A stretch of 13,889 nt of DNA from Armatimonadota bacterium (GTDB lineage: Bacteria > Armatimonadota > Zipacnadia > Zipacnadales > UBA5352), in NCBI GenBank assembly GCA_034722055.1, contig JAYENL010000266.1, positions 1 to 13,889 on the forward strand, read 5' to 3'. Under the pieces are notes generated by a model. The model saw only the letters and a list, made by a program, of their open reading frames with translations. It did not search any database and was not told the DNA's origin. Position 1 is the stretch's first letter. Each line of letters starts with the position of its first letter. The translations under genes were made by a program, and so were the position numbers. Shown piece by piece: positions 8,117 through 13,889 of this stretch.

Positions 8117-8568
8117 CAGGGTATCATGCTCGCGCGCCGCCAGGATTGAACGTCGGCGTCAGGGCCCTCGCCGCCCTCGGCCTGGTCGGCGCCGTTGGAC
8201 CACAGATCGTAGCGCCGCCCATCGCCACCCGGGCTGACGTAATGCAGCGGCACCCCCCAGGCGTCAATCAGCACGTCCTCGCTCTCGGCGTAGGGGCCCT
8301 CCCACCGCCGCGGCAGCGGCTTGGCCGTGGGCCGCTCCACGAGGGCGCTCAGCCCCTGGTCGGTGGTGGGGAACACGCCGCCGTTGTCGATGGCGTACTT
8401 CTCGAGCGCGTCCACGACCGTCTCCATGCGCTGGATAGTCAACTCACGTCCGCGTCGGGCCGGATCGTCGGCAAAGCGCGAGGCCAGCACCAGAGCGAAG
8501 GCCGCCACGATGGCGGCGGTGATGAGCGTCTCAGAGGGGGTCAGACCAGCCCGGCTGCTGCGATGCAT
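8116..8568 (-). CDS. gspG: Type II secretion major pseudopilin GspG-like protein, about 150 aa
   Basis: Prepilin-like leader RAG|LTPSE and hydrophobic helix, followed by the GspG signature ALEKYAIDNG..FPTTDQGLSALVERP..WEGPY..DAWG..HYVSPG..YDLWSNGADQAEGGEGPDADVQSW. ATG 8568 has a GGAGG SD and lies downstream of the promoter. Its TGA overlaps the next ATG (TGATG). Confidence 0.88.
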   Translation of the reverse strand: MHRSSRAGLTPSETLITAAIVAAFALVLASRFADDPARRGRELTIQRMETVVDALEKYAIDNGGVFPTTDQGLSALVERPTAKPLPRRWEGPYAESEDVLIDAWGVPLHYVSPGGDGRRYDLWSNGADQAEGGEGPDADVQSWRRASMIP

Positions 8569-8637
8569 GCTGCGAGTTCCCTCCGTGATAGCCGGTCCAG
8601 ATTCAGGCGGGGGCAGCTCGGCTGCCCGCCGCACGCG

Positions 8638-8666
8638 ATTCTACGCGAACCCCCTACCGGTGTCAA
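8638..8666 (-). promoter_or_regulatory. Sigma70-type promoter for the gspG-like/GH-like operon
   Basis: On the minus strand, TTGACA (8666-8661), a 17-nt spacer, then TAGAAT (8643-8638): a perfect -35, optimal spacing and 5/6 -10, which is unlikely by chance in such GC-rich DNA. It lies about 70 nt upstream of ATG 8568. Confidence 0.85.
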
Positions 8667-8768
8667 ATCCCCCCCGCGCTGGACGGCGATCCGCAGTCTC
8701 GGCAAGACGCGCGGGCGAGGGCGCCCCGAGGCGTTTGTGCGACTCTCCCCGCCCAGTGCTGCTTGCCT

Positions 8769-9236
8769 CGGCCTTTGCCGTGCCGTCTGGAGGGGCGGGA
8801 CTACGCTCCCGCCCGGCTGTTGTGCTTCTCCCGACCACGCCGGGCCGGCTTCGTCGGGCTTGACAGCCCTCCTCAGGACGGCCCCTCCGACGCCGTCGGC
8901 CATGCCGTCAGGAGGGGCGGGCCTCCGTTCCCGCCCGGCCGTTGTCATTGGCGTCAACCTTCGCGTAGGTCGGGCTTCCAGCCCGACAATGGCAAAGGGC
9001 GCACGGACAGGAGTGTCCGTGCCACGGAACGGCGGCCTTTGCCGTGCCGTTTGCAGGGGGACGCCTACGCTCGCGCCCGGTCGTCGTCGTCCCGTTTGGC
9101 GGGACCAGGCCTCCGTTCCCGCCCGGCCGTTGTCATTGGCGTCAACCTTCGCGTAGGTCGGGCTTCCAGCCCGAGAGCGGCAAGCGGCGCACGGACAGGA
9201 GCGTGCGGAGGCGCTGGACCGGCGGCTTTGCCGTCG
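8769..9236. repeat. Mosaic REP/BIME-like repeat cluster 3
   Basis: GGAG hairpins 8789-8814, 8911-8936 and degenerate 9053-9078 and 9098-9124; 3' half of the doublet 8842-8889; GTAGGTCGGGCTTCCAGCCCGA at 8965 and 9153; inverted GTGG hairpin 9001-9025 and a truncated one at 9189-9206. Segment 8920-8986 is identical to 9108-9174 (67 nt). Confidence 0.9.
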
Positions 9237-10260
9237 AGTGAACCATGACCGGCGCCTCATCCGCCGCCGGCAGCGCCACCTCGGCCAGCACCGGGCGATG
9301 GTCGGACGGCACCGCCGTCTCCACCCAGCAGCGCACCGGTGTGATCCTGCCGCCGGCCCACACGTAGTCGATGCGCAGCATCGGCAGCCTCCTCCGCCAC
9401 ACGAAGGTGAACCCGAAGCCGCGCCCCACGGCCTCGAAGGCGTCGGTGAGATGCGCGTCCACGCTGCGCCAGTACCGGGACGTGGGAGGCGTGTTCATGT
9501 CGCCTGCCACCAGCAGCGGCCCCTCCTCCGGAAGCACCTCCAGCAGGTGCGCGAACTTCTCCTCCCGCACCTGGCGTCCCTCGCGCAGGTACTCCGCCAG
9601 CGGACCGACCTCCCGCGGCATCCGCCGGGAGCGCCGGACCCGCGGGATGTGCAGGGCGATGACGGTCAGCGGCTGACCACCGATCTCCGCCTCCACGCGG
9701 AGCAGAGGATGCACCCGATGCCTCTCTGTCCTGATCACCTCGTGACCGCGAATCCGGCCCCGCACGAACACCCGCAGATCGCGAGCCCTGGCATCCTCGT
9801 ATCCTGGCAGCAGATCATTGAAGGCCCTGCGCCCTGCCTCCTGCAGGCAGACCACGTCGCAGTCCCAGTTCAGGATGCGGTCACGGACCGTCTGCCGGTC
9901 CTCGGTGCGTCCGTGCACGTTCCACGTGGCGACGCGCACGATGGGTCGGCCCTCAGGGACGTCCGGGCCCCAATTGATCTCGAAGCCTGCCAGCACGAAG
10001 AGCGCGACGGCGGTCGCGGCCAGGTTGATGAGGGTCAGCCGGCCCTCCCGCGCGGCCGCGGTCAGCACCAGCGCCAGGGCCGGGGGGATGATCCACTGCG
10101 CCTGCGGGCCCCACGTCACCAGCGCCCCCAGCCACCAGTCCTCACCGGGGTAGCGCTGCAGCCCCCACACGCCCGCTACGATGGCCACCGCCGCCAGCGT
10201 GATGAGTCGCAGCACACAGCCGCTGCAGCAGCAGGTCCGGCCCTCTCGCTCATGGCTCAT
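9142..10260 (-). CDS. Membrane-anchored endonuclease/exonuclease/phosphatase (EEP) family protein, 372 aa
   Basis: Three N-terminal hydrophobic segments; EEP motifs VATWNV, VCLQEA, AGDMNTP, RIDYVW and SDHRPV. The last ~30 codons lie in repeat cluster 3. ATGA overlap with the upstream paralog. Confidence 0.88.
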   Translation of the reverse strand: MSHEREGRTCCCSGCVLRLITLAAVAIVAGVWGLQRYPGEDWWLGALVTWGPQAQWIIPPALALVLTAAAREGRLTLINLAATAVALFVLAGFEINWGPDVPEGRPIVRVATWNVHGRTEDRQTVRDRILNWDCDVVCLQEAGRRAFNDLLPGYEDARARDLRVFVRGRIRGHEVIRTERHRVHPLLRVEAEIGGQPLTVIALHIPRVRRSRRMPREVGPLAEYLREGRQVREEKFAHLLEVLPEEGPLLVAGDMNTPPTSRYWRSVDAHLTDAFEAVGRGFGFTFVWRRRLPMLRIDYVWAGGRITPVRCWVETAVPSDHRPVLAEVALPAADEAPVMVHSTAKPPVQRLRTLLSVRRLPLSGWKPDLREG

Positions 10261-11279
10261 CGTGCCGCCGACCGCTCCTCATCTTCGGCCGCCGCAGTCT
10301 CGCCCGTGAACTCGATCTCCGCGAACACCGGCCGGTGGTCGGACGGCGCGGCGCGGTCGATGCGGCAGCACACCGGCCGCAGCCCCGCGCCCAGCCAGAC
10401 GTAGTCGATGCGGAACAGCGGCAAGCTGCGGAAGAGGAAGGTGCAGCCTGTGCCGAGACCGGTGGCGGCGAAGCAGTCCGTGAGCCGCCGCCGCATGGCC
10501 CGGTAGAAGCGCGAGGGCGGCGGGGTGTTCAGGTCCCCGGCGATCACCACCGGTAGATCCTGCCCCTCCAGCCACCGGAGGATGGCATCGTACTGGGCCT
10601 CGCGCACTCGCACCGTGTGCCGCAGGTAGTCCCGCCGCAGGCGCCGGAGGTAGGGGTACTTCATGTGCGGCTGCGACATCTCGATATGCACGTTGAGGAC
10701 CTTGAGCCGCCGACCGCCGATCTCCATCTCACAGGCAAGCGCGGGACCGAGGTCCGGCATCTCCGCCCTGATGCGCTCGATGCTGAGGATCCGGCCGCGC
10801 ACCAGGGTGCGCGCGTCCCGCTCCCGGGCCTGCTCGTAGCCCTCCAGCAGCTCCCCCAGCTCGACCTCCTCCGCCTCCTGGAGGCAGATGACGTCGCAGC
10901 CGTCCAGCCTGGCGGCGAACTCCTCCGCGCGGTGCTGCAGCTTCAGCAGGTTCCAGGTGGCGATCGTGAGGTCACTCTCGCAGTGGCCCGCCGGCAGGTT
11001 CACCCTCAGACCCGTCGGCCCCAGCAGCGCTACCAGCAGAACCGCGGCATTCACCGCCCCCGGAAGCGCCGAGCGGGCCGCCAGGCTCCACGCCAGGGCA
11101 ATCGCCGGCACGATCGGCCACACGAACTGGGGCGCGTAGGTGATGACAGCCCCCCACCAGCGGCGGTCGCCCGGCCATCGCTGCAGCACGCAGGCGCCGA
11201 GGACGATCGCCGCCGCGGCCAGAGTCGCCAGCCACAGCGACCGGCTCCCGCCGGAGAGCGCTGACAGCTCGCCGCCCAT
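10257..11279 (-). CDS. Membrane-anchored EEP family protein (paralog), 340 aa
   Basis: N-terminal transmembrane segments; motifs IATWNL, ICLQEA, AGDLNTP, RIDYVW and SDHRPV. Starts 2 nt after the M55 peptidase stop. Confidence 0.88.
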   Translation of the reverse strand: MGGELSALSGGSRSLWLATLAAAAIVLGACVLQRWPGDRRWWGAVITYAPQFVWPIVPAIALAWSLAARSALPGAVNAAVLLVALLGPTGLRVNLPAGHCESDLTIATWNLLKLQHRAEEFAARLDGCDVICLQEAEEVELGELLEGYEQARERDARTLVRGRILSIERIRAEMPDLGPALACEMEIGGRRLKVLNVHIEMSQPHMKYPYLRRLRRDYLRHTVRVREAQYDAILRWLEGQDLPVVIAGDLNTPPPSRFYRAMRRRLTDCFAATGLGTGCTFLFRSLPLFRIDYVWLGAGLRPVCCRIDRAAPSDHRPVFAEIEFTGETAAAEDEERSAAR

Positions 11280-11281
11280 CG

Positions 11282-12055
11282 CTACACGCGCAGCTCGCAG
11301 ATGTCGTCGGCGGTCTTGCGCACGGTGCGGTTGTCCACGAACTCCCAGCCGGCGTCCAGCGCCCCCTGAATGCCTGCTCCCTCCAGATAGCGAATCTCCT
11401 GAGTGTATGGGCCCTCGAAGAGGTAGGGCTCGATCTCATCGAGCCGCTCGCAAGCCTCGCGGGCCCGCTCCCGGATCAGCTCGCAGGCAGCACCGTGGGA
11501 GAGGTGTATGGCCAGCTCCCGCCCCAGCGCCTGCTTGACCGCCGCGCCCACGATGTTGGGCGCCAGCTCCCGCGCCTCCTCCACCGCCACGTCATCCCCG
11601 GCGATGAAGATGGCGGGAACCCCCATGGTCCCGGCCATCAGCGCCCTGCAGCCGAACTCCCCCAGCTCCACCCCGTTGATCTTGTAGTACTCGATGGTCT
11701 TCGAGGAGTAGGTGTGGCACAGCACGCCGTCCGTCCCCGCCCGGGCGTGCTGGCCCACGAACATCAGGGCGTCGAAGCTGTCATCGAGGTGGTAGGGCGC
11801 GCTGATCGGCCCGCGCGCGATGAGCTTGGCGTCGCGATGGAACTGCTCCTCCAGGATCCCGCCCGAGCCGTGGCCGTCCCAGACGATGACCTCCGCATCG
11901 GGGTCGAAGTCCAGAATGCCGTCGATGCAGGCGTTGACCTCGCCGGTCAGCAGCGCCATCCAGCGCGGCTTCTCAGCGGGGTCCACGTCCCGCGTCTGGT
12001 TGAAGCGGCTGATCAGCGCGGGGCCCTCCAAATCGGTGATGATGTAGACCTTCAT
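11282..12055 (-). CDS. dppA: Peptidase M55 family D-aminopeptidase (DppA-like), about 257 aa
   Basis: MKVYIITDLEG (DxE zinc ligands), DGHG, GQHA, CHTY, GEFG and AGDD match the M55 pattern. ATG 12055 has a GGAGGTG SD. The symbol refers to the Bacillus D-aminopeptidase DppA, not the E. coli dipeptide-binding protein. Confidence 0.9.
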   Translation of the reverse strand: MKVYIITDLEGPALISRFNQTRDVDPAEKPRWMALLTGEVNACIDGILDFDPDAEVIVWDGHGSGGILEEQFHRDAKLIARGPISAPYHLDDSFDALMFVGQHARAGTDGVLCHTYSSKTIEYYKINGVELGEFGCRALMAGTMGVPAIFIAGDDVAVEEARELAPNIVGAAVKQALGRELAIHLSHGAACELIRERAREACERLDEIEPYLFEGPYTQEIRYLEGAGIQGALDAGWEFVDNRTVRKTADDICELRV

Positions 12056-12090
12056 CTCGCACCTCCGTTCGTGGCTTGCTTGGGCTGGCG

Positions 12091-13566
12091 CTACTCGGCC
12101 ACGGGGCATTCGGACAGATCGATGATCTGCGTCTGTCCATCGGCGCGGGGGATGCTCACGACACGATCCCCGACCCGACCGGTAATCGGCTCCCGGTCAT
12201 CCGTGAAGTCCGTCCGCCGCACCAGCAGCTCCTCGCCCAGACGCAGCCCCGAGACCACCGTCCCAGGCCGGTTCGGCACGTGGAAGATCACCGGCTCGCC
12301 GGCGCCGATGAACTCCCGGTGCGCCAGCATCCCATCCAACACCTCCACCATCAGCGAGATCTCCTTGGTGGTCTCCTCCGTCCGGCACCACATCATCAGC
12401 CCGTCGCTGCCCCGCAGATACAGGTGCCACAGCAGCTCCTGGTAGGCCCATTCCGACATCTGCGGCACCGGCTCGGCGTCGGCCGGCGGGGCGGTGGTGT
12501 GCCAGTGCACCCACGTGATCAGCGGCACCTCCTGCGGCGTGTGCCTCCCGGCGTTGGTCCCCACCTTCAGCAGGTTGTAGAACCACCGGTAGTCATCGTT
12601 GTCCCACTCCGGATACCACGACCACGTGGCGTACCACGTGTAGACCACCGGATTCGCGAAGGTATAGCCGCACGGACCGAACTCATGATACCACGGCCGG
12701 TACTTCGCACGCTGGTCCCTGATGTACGGCGCGCCCGGAGGCAGCTTTTCGTAGTAGTCGTACCAGTAACGGACGCCTCCGTGCGGGTAGACGCTATAGT
12801 TGCCGATCAGCGCCTCCGGGAAGTACTCCTGCACCACCTCCACGCAGCACTCCCGCTGCAGCTCGCAGCGGATCTGTCGCAGCGCGTTCTGGAAGCTGGC
12901 GAAGTCGTCGATATCCGGGATGTGCTCGCGGCAGACGGTGCATCCCCTGGAGTGCTGCCACGCCCCGTTCCACTCGATCGGCCCGTCGATCTCCCAGTCC
13001 AGGTACAAAAAGTCGATCTCGATGCCGGCCTCCCGGTAGGGCTCCAGGAAGGCCCGGAACTGGGCCTTGATGTCGTCCTTGCGGTGCTCCAGGCGGAAGG
13101 GGCAGCCCATCTTGCGGCTGCCGAAGGTGTCGTCGAAGAACGGCACCCCGTTCGCCGCCAGGTGCGCCGTGCTCTCATCACCATTGAAGAACGAGTACAT
13201 GGCCCGGCTGGCGTGCACCCCCACCTCCAGCCCCAGCTCCTGCTGCAGCCGGCTCATGCGCAGCGATTCGGCCATGCGCTCCTCGTCGCCGGGCGTCACG
13301 TGCGCGCACATCGCCAGCCCCCGCGCATCCAGCCCCCGCAGGACCTCCTTCGCCTCCTCGTCATCCTCCGGCAGCCAGCCCTCCAGCCGCGAGCCGCGGA
13401 TGGGGATGGCGCCGGCCCGCGCATTCTCCAGCGGCGGGACCTCTTCGATCAGCTCTCTGATGACGTCCTCTGCTGTCATGCGCCTCTCCTGTGCATCGGC
13501 TGTGGTATGCAGTGCGATCAGCGCCGTGCTCATCAGCGCGATGATTCTGGGCAGCCTCAATCTCAC
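12091..13566 (-). CDS. Secreted hypothetical protein, possible TIM-barrel glycoside hydrolase, 491 aa
   Basis: GTG start with GAGGAGG SD; signal-peptide-like N-terminus ending ADA|Q; rich in W and Y; contains IDFLYLDWEIDGP and a CxxC (CTVC). Function is not assignable from sequence alone. Confidence 0.75.
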   Translation of the reverse strand: MRLRLPRIIALMSTALIALHTTADAQERRMTAEDVIRELIEEVPPLENARAGAIPIRGSRLEGWLPEDDEEAKEVLRGLDARGLAMCAHVTPGDEERMAESLRMSRLQQELGLEVGVHASRAMYSFFNGDESTAHLAANGVPFFDDTFGSRKMGCPFRLEHRKDDIKAQFRAFLEPYREAGIEIDFLYLDWEIDGPIEWNGAWQHSRGCTVCREHIPDIDDFASFQNALRQIRCELQRECCVEVVQEYFPEALIGNYSVYPHGGVRYWYDYYEKLPPGAPYIRDQRAKYRPWYHEFGPCGYTFANPVVYTWYATWSWYPEWDNDDYRWFYNLLKVGTNAGRHTPQEVPLITWVHWHTTAPPADAEPVPQMSEWAYQELLWHLYLRGSDGLMMWCRTEETTKEISLMVEVLDGMLAHREFIGAGEPVIFHVPNRPGTVVSGLRLGEELLVRRTDFTDDREPITGRVGDRVVSIPRADGQTQIIDLSECPVAE

Positions 13567-13659
13567 GGTGCAGCCTCCTCACAGCGTCTCGTCACTTCGC
13601 CCCGACGCGATTCCCGGCCCTCGGTTCCGCGCTCCCCCTCTTTGATCCTTCACCCTCCG

Positions 13660-13889
13660 TGTAGGTCGGGCTTCCCTGCCCGCCCGGACGTTGTCGTGGG
13701 GCCTCATCCTTCGGGCCCTCATCCTTCGCGTAGGTCGGGCTTCCAGCCCGACTCGCCTTCGTCGTGCCGTCAGGAGGGGCGGGCTTCCCTGCCCGCCCGG
13801 TCGTTGTCGTTGGCGGTTGATCGCATGGGAATCGGCGCGCGCAGCGGAGGGGCCGCCTGAGGGCGCTCCTCAGGAGCGCGCGAAGTCGG
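13660..13889. repeat. Mosaic REP/BIME-like repeat cluster 4 (truncated by window end)
   Basis: Hybrid unit 13661-13685; GTAGGTCGGGCTTCCAGCCCGAC 13730-13752; GGAG hairpin 13773-13798; 5' half of the doublet 13846-13889. Confidence 0.9.

Noticed and set aside
8569..8634. Longer gspG start at 8634
   Set aside because: It lies only 3 nt from the -10 box, at or before the likely transcription start, and has no SD. ATG 8568 has an SD and gives a normal short prepilin leader.
9142..11279. EEP pair as retroelement endonucleases, an anti-phage nuclease system or the mobiliser of the repeats
   Set aside because: Both have N-terminal transmembrane segments typical of envelope-associated EEP proteins. 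No reverse transcriptase, HUH motif or defence partner gene is present.
2159..13860. Long + strand ORFs antisense to real genes (2159..3670, 3704..4633, 5693..6886, 9238..10404, 11495..12445, 12076..13860)
   Set aside because: These are typical shadow ORFs of high-GC coding DNA, with R/H/Q/P-rich composition and no recognisable motifs.
12..13889. Identical 44-nt sequence near both window ends suggesting a circular element or att-flanked island
   Set aside because: The match starts at position 12, its flanks differ, and it belongs to a repeat also present at 4776. No integrase or replication gene is present. A contig ending in repeats is the simpler explanation.

Overview
High-GC bacterial DNA, by eye around 70%. 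The gene content resembles Armatimonadota-type genomes, which is an inference. Nine supportable CDSs: a tandem-GNAT acetyltransferase on +, and on - a DUF6785/DUF6784-like polytopic membrane protein, a Gfo/Idh/MocA oxidoreductase, a 983-aa secreted glycoside-hydrolase-like protein, a lone GspG-like pseudopilin with a near-consensus sigma70 promoter, two tandem membrane-anchored EEP phosphoesterases, an M55 (DppA-like) D-aminopeptidase and a 491-aa secreted hypothetical protein. All four large intergenic regions (about 1.8 kb, roughly 13% of the window) are filled with one modular mosaic of REP-like palindromes. Three classes occur (GGAG-, GTAG- and GTGG-footed hairpins) with compensatory stem changes, hairpins nested in their loops, a four-way-junction doublet whose side arms are swapped between copies, and a 75-bp tandem array built on heptamers. 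No RAYT, transposase, CRISPR-Cas, rRNA or tRNA gene is seen. Most other ORFs in the track are GC-rich shadow ORFs or translated repeats.
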